Source: Octopus vulgaris
Lineage: Eukaryota
NCBI GenBank assembly: GCA_951406725.2
Contig: OX597826.1
Coordinates: 76,012,001-76,076,000 of the forward strand
Reading direction: 5' to 3'
Length of the DNA: 64,000 nt
The stretch's first letter is position 1. Every line of letters starts with the position of its first letter. The notes beneath the pieces are model-generated. The model saw only the letters and a program-made list of their open reading frames with translations, had not been told where the DNA came from and did no database searches. A program made the translations under genes and the position numbers. Positions 1 to 12,881 of the stretch are shown here, one piece after another.

Positions 1-658
1 TCTCTACTTCCTTGCATCATAAATCTATGACCTGGTCAACTATTACCCTACTTCCCATGGCATATATCTATGATATAACCAATAATACTCTCTACTTCCT
101 TGCATCATAAATCTATGACCTGGTCAACTGTTACCCTACTTCCTATGGCATATATCTATGATATAACCAATAATACTCTCTACTTCCTTGCATCATAAAT
201 CTATGACCTGGTCAACTGTTACCCTACTTCCTATGGCATATATCTATGATATAACCAATAATACTCTCTACTTCCTTGCATCATAAATCTATGACCTGGT
301 CAACTATTACCCTACTTCCCATGGCATATATCTATGATATAACCAGTAATACTCTCTACTTCCTTACATCATAAATCTATGACCTGGTCAACTATTACCC
401 TACTTCCCATGGCATATATCTATGATATAACCAGTAATACTCTCTACTTCCTTACATCATAAATCTATGACCTGGTCAACTGTTACCCTACTCCCCATGG
501 CATATATCTATGATATAACCAGTAATACTCTCTACTTCCTTACATCATAAATCTATGACCTGGTCAACTATTACCCTACTTCCCATGGCATATATCTATG
601 ATATAACCAATAATACTCTCTACTTCCTTGCATCATAAATCTATGACCTGGTCAACTG
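1..658. repeat. 88-bp minisatellite, about 7.5 copies, runs off the window start
   Basis: Unit tctctacttccttgcatcataaatctatgacctgg...aataatac recurs at 1, 89, 177 and onward with only a few variant positions. Confidence 0.97.
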
Positions 659-799
659 TAAATATAATTTTTTTCTTTGATTGACTTGTGTTTTACCTTT
701 TTTTTTGGTGCTGCTGGCTCCCAAGAAATATCTTGGTTTTAGATCTGACCCACTGCATCCTTCAAAACTTCCATGCTTCCTGAGATTCGCCAACACTAC

Positions 800-944
800 A
801 CCTGATTTTCTCCCCTCCATACACACGCAAGCAAGTATCTGACTCATACACTGTTCACTTCCCAGACATTTGTACATTACTGCATATGCTTTATACAAAC
901 TTTCTGACAAGTTGTGGTGCACCTGAGCACTGTATACAATAATT

Positions 945-980
<36 letters not shown>

Positions 981-981
981 T
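800..981 (+). mobile_element. Probable L2/CR1-type LINE 3' end with (ATT)n tail
   Basis: Ends ...gtggtgcacctgagcactgtatacaataatttc followed by (att)n, a typical non-LTR 3' terminus. Confidence 0.45.
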
Positions 982-1586
982 AAAAAAGGTTCAGAACCAC
1001 TACAATAAACACCACAAGCTATTCTAAATAAAGCAGTTCCTCTATAAATACAACAAATGCCTGTAAAAACAAAAGAGTTGCTCTCTAAAACACAACAAAC
1101 TCCTCACTCCTCATAAAATATCAAGATGCAACAAGCTTCACTCTTAAAAATCATTGAGTGACAAAGTCAATTCGATAAAGACTTCATTAAAATTTACTTT
1201 TCTGCTTTTGTTTAATTCTAATGGAAATAAAATTACCCTGGTTAATCCTTCAACTTCACCCCAGCAGCTGCCATCGCAAACAAAGTAAATACCAAATTAG
1301 TTTATTTGCTTCTTATCATCGCTGAGTCTTTTGTGCTTTTGTTTTGTTTTTGTATTTTGTATTTTTTTGTTTTTTTTTTTTGTTTTTACACTTCTTACCT
1401 TACTTAATACCTATCTGATAAAAGTAGTTCTTGACTAATCCCAGGACTGCTTCAGTTAGTAGCCTGATTAATTATACTGATTAGAACAGACAAACTAACA
1501 TACAAAAAAAAAAAAAAAAAAAGCATTAATTATGCAGCTTTAGTGAAAGGAGGCTATTTACTTGAATTAGGTCACACAACAACAAT

Positions 1587-1617
<31 letters not shown>

Positions 1618-2253
1618 GCAGTGGTTACAACCAGCCAGACATCTTTGTAACATGGAAGCTACTACTAAACTGACATCTCTGAAATCAACAAAAGGTCAGA
1701 GTTCACAGAACTGATAGGGTTCTTTCTGACTCCAGAATGAAGAGGGATCCCCTGTAGATTTTGTGTATCTTTGCCCTCATCAAGAACCCTTCAAATTAAA
1801 CAAATAATGAAAAATCAAGTGATCCCCTTTCTTTTAGTAAAAGATGGTTGATAATGGGAGGGAAAGAAAATAAAAAAAGCCAGCTGAATGGTGTGTGAGG
1901 ATCATTTATGTAGATAATACCTTTCAAATAGGCACAGAATACCATAAGGTCAGGTTGATCAATACTTTGTGATGAGAGGAATTTAACTGATGGAAACAGT
2001 ACAGTGGGGGTATGTGTGGGTGTGTGGGTGTGTGCATGTGTGTGTGCGCGTGCGTATGTATGTGTGAGAGAGAGAGAAGAAAGAGAGAGTGTATGTGTGT
2101 TTGTGTGTAGTTGTGTGTGTGTATGTGTGTGTGTGAGTGCATGAGAGAGTGTGTGGGCATGTGTGTGTGTTTGTGTATGTGTGTGAGTGAGTGTGTGTCT
2201 GCGCAGGAGTAAATATATGTGTGTGTGTTTGTGTGTATTTATAAACATATGTG

Positions 2254-2288
<35 letters not shown>

Positions 2289-3989
2289 ATATATACACAT
2301 ATATAATTAAACATAAATGAGTAACAGAGATGTACAGGTGTACACTTAACAAGGTACCTCAACTTAAGTATTTAATTCAACCAAATCTTTTATATAGGGA
2401 TCGAGGTGTAGGAAGAAAGTTAGCTTCAAGCAATCGATAGTAAATATGTAAAACAACTTTCAGGGACAATAGTGGTTTATTGAGACAGAAGGTTGTAGAT
2501 ATTTTCGAATCAAAGTACGATAAACTGAAAAAAGTTATTATTATATTTCACAGCATGCAACCAGGGTTACCAGGTAAGCAAATATGAATATAACAGTTAA
2601 GGAGTGGAGTAGATAAGATCTGGGCTAACCTACTTCATAGCAAGCAGAACCAATATATATGCATATATAATGTTCCTGCCTTTAGGCTTTCACTTCTTAC
2701 TCGCCAGCTCAATTTGATTCGTTCTCAGTCGAAAGACACTTGTTGTTAATTTGTCGTTGTTTGTATTCGTAATTGCGTACCATGTTCTCCATTTTTTGTC
2801 TTTGTTGCCATACACATTCGCTAGCTTTCTTACAAAAAAAATCTAATGCTCTAAGCTTAGATTTGGGGAGGGGGGGACCAGATTGAACAGTCTCATGTGT
2901 AGCTGCCTAAAATAGTAAGGACTTCTGGTATACTTGACTGAGGAAAGAAGGCCACGAATGACCCATCTTTTTTTCCTGTTCATAGTAATCATGTACGCGA
3001 ATACTATGAACATTTTTACTCCCTTACCTTTACTCCCTCCCCTTACTTAGCGGTCATTTTAATAGCTCTTTTGTCTTTTAATAAGGGTCAATCACACAGT
3101 AATTTCCCTTTGTTTAACGGTCATTTTTATAGCATTGTTTTCGCTGGCCTGATAACTGAAGAGATGCCTGCGTGGGTTTCCGCCCTGACATCCAAAACTG
3201 GGAGTTTTCTCATGGCTACCGAATAACTGTCACATATTATGGCATGGCTGTGTGGTTAGGGAGCTTGCTTCCTAGTTAAATGGTTTCAGGTTCAGTCCCA
3301 CTGCGTGGCACTTTGGGCAGGTGTCTTCCACTATAGCCCCGAGTTGACTGAAGCTTTGTGATTGAATTCGGTAGGCGGAAGTTACTGCCGTGTGTGTATG
3401 TGTGCATATAGCTGCTCAGTGCCTCTCCAAAAGAGAGAGAGGGATATATATATATTTATATATCATGCTGCCATGGGTTAGATGGTTTGACTGAGGAATA
3501 GCGAGCCAGAAGGCTGCACCAGGCTCCAATCTGATAAATATATATATGTATACACACACACACACACATAAAATATGGGGGCTTAGTTCACAGGTGATCT
3601 AAATGATTAGTTATGCTAGGTTAACGCTGTAACGGATTACTACGGCTCCAAGGTTATAGCCAAAACAGTAGTTATGGTGACATTGCAGATTTCCAATGCA
3701 GCGGATATATAATTGTTAACGAGGACAACAAACATTGACATGTGTTTCAGTCTTCATTTATGTATGTATCTGTATATGTGTGTGTGCTCGTCTGTCTGTA
3801 TACCTATGTACCTATCTATCTATTTATCTATCTGTTTGCTGACATATCCATTTACCTACACATACACACACACACATGTATATACATTTACCTAACAGCC
3901 TACTAACAACTCTACCTGTGTCGATATAAACTGTGGGTATTGGGGTATGACTACCTTATACATATATTTCCTATTTAGTACTGGGAATG

Positions 3990-4760
3990 TTTCATTTACG
4001 AGGAAGTACTCCTGTATTTGTCTGAGTGTTGGGTCATTCAGGTGCTTGGATAAAATGCAGATGTCAAGTTGACCCAGTGTGTTGGTAGAGTATGGAGGAT
4101 TGTTTTCTTATCATATTGTCTCAGATGTTCATTTAGTCTCTCCACAATGCTTCTAGATGTCTCACCTATGTATATCATGTTCCTATCTTTACAAACACCC
4201 AATGCTGTAGACTGCATTTCTAGTTCTACAGCTAATGCCAGGGCTAATTTTACATACCATGCAGTTGTCATTGGTGCATGTGGTATTCTCAAGGGGGTAC
4301 GTCCTACATAGTTGTGATCTGACAGAACTCCCTAGCTTTTCAACGATCTTAATGTTGAGTTTGGCCTCCTTCAGAGCTTACCTAAATCTTCAGGCTAGTT
4401 CTCCATGGGCTGTAGCCTCTACAAATATCACTCCTTGATATTTGTCAGTCTTGTACCACATGTTCACCCTGTTAGCTTTGTCACAAACTCTTTGTATCCT
4501 ATTCCAGTCTTTACTTCTATATTTAGCACAGGTGCCATTGGTTTCATTATAGATAATGCTATCTAACTTCTTTCTAGCTCCCCTGTGTACCTGAACCCTA
4601 TCTTTCTGATCATATCCAGAGAAATACATGTGGGTGCATGAATTTCTGTACATGTTTCTTTGTTTCGTAGGTTTTGCATAGTGGGGACATGTACAAGTCT
4701 GCTATCAGTATGTTGATTTTCATGTTGTGTGACAAAGCTGATTTCTTGTGAACAACATGT
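3990..4760 (-). mobile_element. Penelope-like element fragment (RT C-terminus/linker plus GIY-YIG endonuclease), degenerate
   Basis: Frameshifted ORFs contain IYIGETSRSIVERLNEHL (GIY-YIG) and, upstream, SGYDQKDR...VIFVEATAHGELA, typical of the PLE linker. Confidence 0.8.
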
Positions 4761-4776
4761 TTAGAAGATATATATA

Positions 4777-5613
4777 TATTGGGTCATCCTATAAATAATG
4801 TGATTTTTTTCAATTGCCTGAACTAAAAGTCAGAGGTGGGTGAGATTAAACTACTTGCATCAACTTGTTACTAAAGAAGGTAGTAATATTACCCTGTACT
4901 TATTCTTAGCACAGGTTTTGACGAGTGCAGTTCAATGTTAACAGTTATTTTTCCAAAGTGACAACAGAGTATATTCGGCATATAGGCAAGAACGCAATGG
5001 AAAGTGTGCGGAATATTAATACCGTATATCGGGATCGGACAATAAGTGTAAGCCAGTGTTAACAGTGGTTCCAGGAATTCTGAACCAAAAACTACAGCCT
5101 CATCCTGAAAGATCTGTAGAGCTTAACGAGGACATCCTGCAAACCCTGATGGAACAAAATTCCATCATAGCTGTTGAGGAACTAGCAGAAAAGTTTAGAT
5201 TTGGTCATTCAACCAGTCATTCAAATCAGCACTAGAAGAAAAACAACCATCTTTGGTTTCAAGACAAAAGGTGTTCTTCCATCAGGATAATGCTTGGCCT
5301 CATGCAGCAAGGATGACATTCCAAAGGCTGGAGGAGTTTGACTAGGAAACAATGCCTCACCCACCATATTCGCCAGACATTGCCCTATCTGATTATCATT
5401 TATTCCACAGTCTTCAAAATAATTTGGACAGAAAAAATATGAATTTTGTAGACAAAGTCAGTACAATACTGGAGGAGTACTTTTCATCATGGACATGTGA
5501 ATTTTGGAAGAGGGGCCTTGCAAGTCTACCAGAGCTTTGTAGAAAATGAAGGAATAATTTTGAAAAATAAAAAAAGCGTAAAAAAACCGCATTATTTATG
5601 GGATAACCCGATA
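4777..5613 (+). mobile_element. Internally deleted mariner (Tc1/mariner) element with TIRs
   Basis: TIRs tattgggtcatcctataaataatg / cattatttatgggataacccgata in TA context. Transposase remnants HQDNA.PH and HPPYSPDIALSDYHLF. Confidence 0.92.
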
Positions 5614-5719
5614 TATGTATTTATGTATGTATGTATGTATGTATGTATGTATGTATGTATGTATGTATGTATGTATGTGTACATATATATATACATACAA
5701 TACATGCAAATGCACGTGT

Positions 5720-7030
5720 ATCCCAATAACTCAAACTTGAATGCCAAACAAGCAACATTTGTTGGGAAAAAATTCGTTGTTATCCCCACAAGGCCATTTG
5801 AATCCCACAGCAAATAAAGAGTCAGACCAGACCAGTGAACTCCTCTCCTGAGAAGATTGTAAGCAATGCCGACCACCACCGATGAGACAACAATAAAACT
5901 GAGACGAACGACATGCTGCCATCACACGAACAAACCAATTATAGAACAAGCAGAAATAATGAGGGGAGAATACAAACAACTGAAAAAACATTTAACAGCA
6001 AAATCCATACAAAACTTCACCATCTTCAGCAGAAGGGGTTGTCAATCGGTTTTTACCTATGAACCCCTTTGATTCCTATTCGAAATACAAAGGTTACATG
6101 ACAAGCTCTGCAGGTGAAAGAAAGATTAAATTTATACCCAGACCCTTTTTTTTGTTGATGACCTTCAGCTGTACTTGAGCAACGTTCCTGACATCAAGAA
6201 ACAGAACTTGTCACAACATTTGCACGGAACATAAGAATGGAGTTTGGTCATGGAAAACGTCCATATTTGGTAGTCAAACAAGATAAGACTGTTGACCAAG
6301 CAAGGAATTGGATACCAATAGCCTATCTATCTTGCCTATCACCAGTGACAAATGCTACAAATACTTTGGAATCTGAGATGAGTGCATCATATCTTACACA
6401 GAAGGCTAACTTTGCAATCCAAGAGCAGGAGACAGCTACTGAATACATAATCAACAAAAGAGATAAGGACATTTCTAGACCTCCAATCTGCGATAGAAAA
6501 TATTGACTGTGTCATGGCAGTGTGGAAGATATCACTCATATTATCTGTAGCTGTTTAAAAATGTTCACACTACTACTTTCCCATGAGATAAGATATTGTC
6601 ACTAAGACAGTCTACAATACGCAAGAAGGATTGTCCTGAATGACACACCAAAGACAAAGCAGACACAGGTAAGTGTCCACACTTTTAAAAAGAAGAATAC
6701 TGATGGAACATTCCAGCAAAATCAGCAACCTGATGTAAGCACAACAAGCCTGATGTTATTGTATGGGACAAGGAAAAAAATTGTACACCCTTGTAGAATT
6801 CAGTTGCACACAGAACATAGAAAAGAGGAGAACATCTTTTTAAAACAGCTGAGAAACCTATAACTCTTATCTCCAGGCTGTAGATTTTTATTTGTTCCTA
6901 TTATTATCATAGGTGGATTGGGTTTCCATAACAACAGATTTGCATAGAAATCTAAAAATGTTGGGGTTCCTCAAACAGAGAACAGAGCAGTCTGATTCAC
7001 ATTCTCCAGATAAGGGTGATTAGAGGAAGA
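5720..7030 (+). mobile_element. Degenerate RLE-type non-LTR retrotransposon 3' region (R4/Dong/NeSL-like)
   Basis: Across stops and frameshifts: AIQEQE, a decayed CCHC knuckle (LCHGSVEDITHIICSC), HNKPDVIVWDK (restriction-like endonuclease) and FVPIIIIGGLG. Confidence 0.8.
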
Positions 7031-7168
7031 GAGAAAATGTGTAAAACATTTCAGGGTTTCTCCATTTGAGGTTCCTGGGTGAACATACACACACAATCAA
7101 ATGTACATATGAAATAAATAAGGACAGACACACAGAAAGTGTGATGAAACATACACTTGTGTTCCGTT

Positions 7169-7214
<46 letters not shown>

Positions 7215-7810
7215 AATAAGCTGCTTATTCACATGCACATACATACACATCTATGCATATAGCCACCAATGTAGTTAACTACAAAGAGCTACCTTGTGTA
7301 ATTCCAACCAGTGTCACTTCACCTGTCACCAGATCCCCATGGTACAAAATCCCTCCAAGGACAAAAATTCCCTACTGGACAAAATCCCTCCCCTGGCAGT
7401 CAATAAAAATATTTTAGAAAAGTGAATAATTAGTCGATATTTTTGTGTAAAATTTGGAGGGATTTAGTCCTGACATCAAGCCCCATGGTTAGGTCAGTAT
7501 TTGGCCTATACCACTTGACCATGCTAAACCATTCCATGTTGGGAGAGGTTAGCAATCAATTAAATCAATGCCATTTACTTAAATGGCAGTTTATTTTATC
7601 TCCTCATGAGGGATAAAAACCAAAGTTGACCTTAGCAGGATTTGAACTCAGGACATAAATATCCAGAATATATGCCAGAAAGTGTTTTGTCCAATGCTCT
7701 AATAATTGTCAATTCACCGACCTAGTTATAAATGCAGAATTATAAATCATTACAAAACAAGGTTAATGAGTCAATAAACATGCAATATTGTAGTAATAAA
7801 AATAGAAATC

Positions 7811-8200
7811 AACAAAAGCACTGAGAAAGAGCAAATGTCTGCCAAGGCAACACCAACGTCCTCTCAATGGATTAGCTGGAGATGATTTTTAAAATGAGAA
7901 TATCTGAAATAAACTCGACTGCTCTCACAAACGAGAATTCTAAAAATGAACCTGACCACTCTCAAAAATTAAGTTAAAAAAAAAACAGGAAAAATAATCC
8001 AGAATCATTGTCTGGTACCGGATTGGTCCCAAAATCTAATCAGTTCGTGCCAGTCACAAGGCCAAACATCCTTGAAAGTTTCATCTGGATCCATCCAGCA
8101 GTTCTTCAGACATCTTGCCCACAGACAGACAGACAGACAAAAACACAAACAAACATGACTGAAAGCAATACCATTGCCTTCGTTAAGGTGGAGGTGATAA
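7811..8200 (+). mobile_element. Non-autonomous Helentron/HINE-like element
   Basis: 5' aacaaaagcactgagaaagagc...ctgccaaggc, internal (CAGA)n, and a 3' short stem-loop ...ccttcgttaaggtggaggtgataa. This architecture resembles Helentron-associated elements. Confidence 0.55.
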
Positions 8201-8217
8201 CAGTGATGTGTACTTAC

Positions 8218-8321
8218 CTCTGCTTCAACTACGGCAGGTCCATTAGCACGAAACCGTAGAGTCTTTTTACCACTTCCTACCTTTCCACTTTTCTTTTTGG
8301 AATATGGCATATCAATAACAG
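8218..8321 (-). CDS. GIPC1: GIPC-family protein, next coding exon (PDZ-GH2 linker)
   Basis: (S)VIDMPYSKKKSGKVGSGKKTLRFRANGPAVVEAE matches the GIPC GxGxxTLRLRSxGPAxVE motif. Acceptor ttcttgtag, donor GAG|GTAAGT. Length 104 nt, and its phase-1 start completes the split codon (T+CT) from the 17500 exon. Confidence 0.9.
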
Positions 8322-8443
8322 CTACAAGAAGAAACAAACAAGAATAAATAAGACAAAATCAATTAATTATTAATGACGGAAACAGTATTTAATACCAAAA
8401 GGTAATGTTTATATCTGTATTTATTTATATCTGTATTTATTTA

Positions 8444-9212
8444 AGGCAGTGAGCTGGCAGAAGCGTTAGCACACCGGGCGAAATGCTTAGCGGTATTTCG
8501 TCTCAGTTCAAATTCCGCCGAGGTCGACTTTGCCTTTCATCCTTTCGGGGTCGATAAATTAAGTACCAGTTACGCACTGGGGTCGATGTAATCGACTTAA
8601 TACCTACGTCTGTCCTTGTTTGTCCCCTCTGTGTTTGGCCCCTTGTGGGTAGTAACGAAATAGGTATTTCGTCTGCCACTACGTTCTGAGTTCAAATTCC
8701 GCCGAGGTCGACTTTGCCTTTCATCCTTTCGGGGTCGATAAATTAAGCACCAGTTACGCACTGGGGTCGATGTAATCGACTTAATACCTACGTCTGTCCT
8801 TGTTTGTCCCCTCTGTGTTTGGCCCCTTGTGGGTAGTAACGAAATAGGTATTTCGTCTGCCGTTACGTTGAGTTCAAATTCCGCCGAGGTCGACTTTGCC
8901 TTTCATCCTTTCGGGGTCGATAAATTAAGCACCAGTTACGCACTGGGGTCGATGTAATCGACTTAATACCTACGTCTGTCCTTGTTTGTCCCCTCTGTGT
9001 TTGGCCCCTTGTGGGTAGTAACGAAATAGGTATTTCGTCTGCCGTTACGTTGAGTTCAAATTCCGCCGAGGTCGACTTTGCCTTTCATCCTTTCGGGGTC
9101 GATAAATTAAGCACCAGTTACGCACTGGGGTCGATGTAATCGACTTAATACCTACGTCTGTCCTTGTTTGGCCCCTCTGTGTTTAGCCCCTTGTGGGTAA
9201 TAAAGAAATAGG
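8444..9212 (+). mobile_element. tRNA-derived SINE (family B) with four tandem ~182-bp body units
   Basis: Head ggcagtgagctggcagaagcgttagc, B-box-like gagttcaaattcc, central gcctttcatcctttcggggtcgataaattaagtacc. Units start at 8505, 8689, 8871 and 9053. Confidence 0.9.
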
Positions 9213-9557
9213 TAATGTTTATATCTGTAGCGAGGTACAAGAAGCCAGTGCCATTTTGTACAAGATCTCACCTGCAACCATTTGCCACGTGCGAGACGAC
9301 GGCGAGACTCTCGTTGGCAACAACTATATAAGCAGGAGGATTAAGACATTCTTGCTTTTTTCTTCCCTCTCGCTTACACTGAGAAACTCTGTGAAGCTGG
9401 CAGCTCACAGCGGACTCTTATCCCACTCTCACTTTATCTGTTATCTCCAGAGGTAATGAATGAACCTCACGTGAACGGGGCTATAATGAACCACATGCTG
9501 CCATAAAGATGGTCACTGGGTGTGAACTACATGAACAAGAAGTAAAATAAACAACAA

Positions 9558-9722
9558 GGCGCAGGAGTGGCTGTGTGGTAAGTAGCTTGCTAACCAACCA
9601 CATGGTTCCGGGTTCAGTCCTACTGTGTGGCATCTTGGGCAAGTGTCTTCTGCTATAGCCCTGGGCCGACCAATGCCTTGTGAGTGGATTTGGTAGACGG
9701 AAACTGAAAGAAGCCTGTCGTA

Positions 9723-9775
<53 letters not shown>

Positions 9776-9989
9776 GTTTGTGTGTCTGTGTTTGTCCCCC
9801 TAGCATTGCTTGACAACCGATGCTGGTGTGTTTACATCCCCATCACTTAGCGGTTCGGCAAAAGAGACCGATAGAATAAGTAATGGGCTTACAAAGAATA
9901 AGTCCCGGGGTCGATTTGCTCGACTAATAGCAGTGCTGCAGCATGGCCACAGTCAAATGACTGAAACAAGTAAAAGAGTAAAAGAGTAA
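9558..9989 (+). mobile_element. Full-length tRNA-derived SINE (family A)
   Basis: Head ggcgcaggagtggctgtgtggtaag with B-box ggttcagtcc, internal (TA)n(TG)n, tail (gtaaaaga)n. Many copies in the window. Confidence 0.92.
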
Positions 9990-11829
9990 CTATTGAATTG
10001 CACTCCGCTTGTAAGCTTCTTCTTTGAGTTCCTGATTCTTAAGACTACAGAAATAATTGTAATGGGAGAAGGAAATATTCCACAGACATCACAAGCCTTT
10101 AATTCCATTTTATATCCAACTTAACACAGATTCTCTGTCAGAACAGCAAATATTGTGTTCCTGCATAAAAGCACACACAGAGATCATAACAAATGGAATT
10201 CTTCTGTTATGGGTGCCTGATGATTCTTGCTTGCTATGATCTGTGTATGTGCTTCTATGTACTAAGTACTTATATGAGAAGATCTCTCAAGGCTAATAAC
10301 AAGGCATTCATATTAAATTGGATAATACAAATGAAACCTGACCCTTTGAGCCCATAATGCTGGTTTACGGGGCGATGGCATATTTTGCTCTATACCATAG
10401 CACCACTCTAACTGGCATATACCTGGCTTCCTGATGGTGGGGTACATCAGGAAGCCAGGTATATGGTCAAATAAGGTTCAGGAGGTCAAGGCTCAAAGGG
10501 TTTACGGATTTTTTAATAACAAACAAAATTAAGGATTTTTGTATAAATACAAAATTAGGGAATTATATAGTTCAATGATGAGCTTGTAAGATGTTCATGC
10601 CATACCCTAGAGCATTAGTGGTATAAATGTATTTACAAATGGGAACTATGTTTGTTTCATGAAATACAAAACAATGTTTAAGTTTCATCTTTTTTATTTA
10701 ATAGTTCTCATATTTTCTTATTAGTTTTTTGCAGTTGGTTTTGGAACAGTAAAGTTCCTAAATCTTCATGAATTTAGAAAGTTGAATTCCAGAATTCAAT
10801 CGGTATATGAGAAGCAACACAAATGCCAAATACACTCAATTCAATTCTTAATAATGCAACTGTGAAGGTCTACGAATATCATCAGATATCATCATCATCA
10901 TTTACTGTTTTCCATGCTGGCATGGGTTGGGCTTATAAACTCTCTTACTGCAAACCAATTGTAAAAAGCTTATAAGAAAATATGACAAATCTAAAGATAT
11001 AAAAATGATAAAATGTAAACATAAGTGTGCATTTAATGAAACAGGCATAAGAAAAAAGCCGCTTCCCATAAATATAGAGGACTATGTACACATCTTAGGA
11101 TTTTACCACTTTCCTTAGTTAGTGAGGGGAGAAAGTGCAGTGGCCATGACTTTTGCAACCCCTCCACACCCATTTGGTGAGATTGACGCCCAGCCTGAAA
11201 ATATCAGCTGGTCAATGTTCTAAAAGAGAATCAAAAGTTTAACCTCGTTACTGCAACAGAATGAACTCCACCAAAGGCAGCCAAGGGTCAGGTTGTGATG
11301 TTAAATCTAGCAGGGGGTCAGACCTACCACCCAAATTAAAAACAACACAAGGACCATGAGTTAGCGATAAAACAAATGGTGTGATAGACCTAACACTAAT
11401 GATTATTTTTGTTTGTATTATTAGTGTACAACAACAGTGAAGGCATGTGGCCAAGTGGTAAGGCTGTTGAACTGACAATCGCTAGATCATGAGTTCGATT
11501 CCCTGATTGGGAGGCACATTGTGTTCTTGAGCAAAACACTTCATTTCGTGTTGCTCCAGTCCCCTTTTCACAGGGTGCCGTAATTTGAAAACTAAAACAA
11601 TGCAAAACACATTGTGACCAGTGATGTGTAACAACATCTGATAGCCTGATCGGTCACATGATCACATGACAACAACAGTAACCATTTATAGCAGGATCCA
11701 AACTCAGAATAAAATACCCCCAAAACATTTGGTTCCGCACGACCAATTCTGCCAATCTCAATGTATATGTACATTATTTGACCAAACGTGAAACGACAGA
11801 ATAAGAGAAAGGGAAAATGTAGATTAAAT

Positions 11830-12051
11830 CTTTTTACTCTTTTACTCTTTTACTTGTTTCAGTCATTTGACTGCGGCCATGCTGGAGCACCGCCTTTAGT
11901 CGAGCAAATCGACCCCGGGACTTATTCTTTGTTAGCCCAGTACTTATTCTATCGGTCTCTTTTGCCGAACCGCTAAGTGACGGAGACGTAAACACACCAG
12001 CATCGGTTGTCAAGCAATGCTAGGGGGACAAACACAGACACACAAACACAT

Positions 12052-12094
<43 letters not shown>

Positions 12095-12259
12095 TATGAC
12101 AGGCTTCTTTCAGTTTCCGTCTACCAAATCCACTCACAAGGCTTTGGTCGGCCCGAGGCTATAGCAGAAGGCACTTGCCCAAGATGCCACGCAGTGGGAC
12201 TGAACCCGGAACCATGTGGTTGGTTAGCAAGCTACTTACCACACAGCCACTCCTGTGCC
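11830..12259 (-). mobile_element. Full-length SINE family A
   Basis: Reverse complement of 9558-9989. Confidence 0.92.
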
Positions 12260-12881
12260 TATAGCCACTCCTGCTGTAATTTAACTAATTAAATACGAAG
12301 GCACATGGCTTAGTGGTAAGTATATTGGTGAGCTAACGACCGTAAGGTCTCACAGTTTTAATTTAGAAACAGGACAAAATGTTGGGTCCTTAAGCAAGCT
12401 CTTCACTTCACAATGCTCCAACCATGCTTAAAACAACAGGATAGGGGTTAATTCTGCCATGACCAGATGTCAATTCAGGGACTAGTATTGTTCTCTCATT
12501 CACTTAATTGCCAAAGAAACTGAGATCGGCTCTTATGTGGTCATACACCCTGGTGGAAATAGCAGCCAAATATCCCTTATATCATACAATATATATATAT
12601 ATTGCATAACATTGTTTATGATATCCTTATCATTCCTCATCATCATTTAACATCTGTTGGCATGGGTTGGACTTTGACAGGAGCTGGCAAATCAAGTTTG
12701 TTTTCACATGGTTTCTATGGTTTGATGCTCTTCCTAACACCAACCACTTTACAGAATGTATTGGATGCTATTATTACATGGCACCAATACAAGTTCTTTT
12801 TAAATGGCACAGACACAATAAAAAATTTTTTTTTTAAACTGACAAAACAATTGCAGTTGGATTGTCTTTAAATCATTTAAT

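Noticed and set aside
1-658. 88-bp array as a CRISPR array
   Set aside because: The whole unit repeats with no variable spacers, and the context is eukaryotic.
8505-9212. 182-bp tandem array as a CRISPR array or hammerhead retrozyme
   Set aside because: There are no unique spacers and no CUGANGA/GAAA fold on either strand. The units are SINE bodies.
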